Below, piece after piece: positions 63,705-64,000 of a stretch of 64,000 bases of DNA. Origin of the DNA: Octopus sinensis (lineage: Eukaryota); contig NC_043011.1 of the NCBI RefSeq assembly GCF_006345805.1, forward strand, positions 33,120,464-33,184,463, written 5' to 3'. The first letter of the stretch is position 1; each line of letters opens with the position of its first letter. The notes below the pieces were generated by a model. It searched no databases and had not been told where the DNA came from. It saw nothing but the letters and a program-made list of their open reading frames with translations. Both the position numbers and the translations under genes were made by a program.

Positions 63705-64000
63705 ACAGTGTCTCTTATTACACAGAGTTTCGTCTGTTAATGCACATGATCTTCAGCCAAATTGCGGCTGAAGAAATCATGGAAGTTGCACATCTATACA
63801 CATAGGTTCCCGGTTATAGGGAATGACAAACAGGGTAAAATGTGATAAATGGGTAAAAAGGAAGTAGAATGAAGAAAAAAAAGAGGACAAAAGAAAGTGA
63901 AAAAAAAAAAAAAGAAAAGAAAACAAGAAAGCGAGAAAAAGAAAAAGAAAACATGTATACTTGCATGTATTGGTGTCTGATTATTGGATATAGTTTACCA

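Overview
AT-rich, repeat-dense eukaryotic genomic DNA. The SINE, RTE and Helitron families and the microsatellite load suggest an octopus or other cephalopod (inference, not verified by search). Host genes: (1) a U1 snRNA gene on the minus strand (5553-5715) with variant U1-70K loop and Sm site; (2) a complete 4-exon, 229-aa dephospho-CoA kinase domain gene (DCAKD-like, + strand, 8548-27802) in which several conserved CoaE residues are substituted; (3) three minus-strand exons of an EGF-like + VWA extracellular protein gene (59783-63554) that starts beyond the right edge. The rest is mobile and repetitive DNA: a Tx1/L1-clade LINE whose 5' end abuts a (TC)n tract, a 5'-truncated RTE LINE with a PHD-like finger and a tandem-repeat 3' UTR, many Helitrons including a three-member head-to-tail array, an internally deleted piggyBac with TTAA TSDs, several SINE families, and a 1.7-kb 24-bp minisatellite. 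Several Penelope-type minimal hammerhead ribozyme motifs were found by eye, one with a G3-C8 core swap inside an inverted repeat. Boundaries of decayed repeats are approximate.
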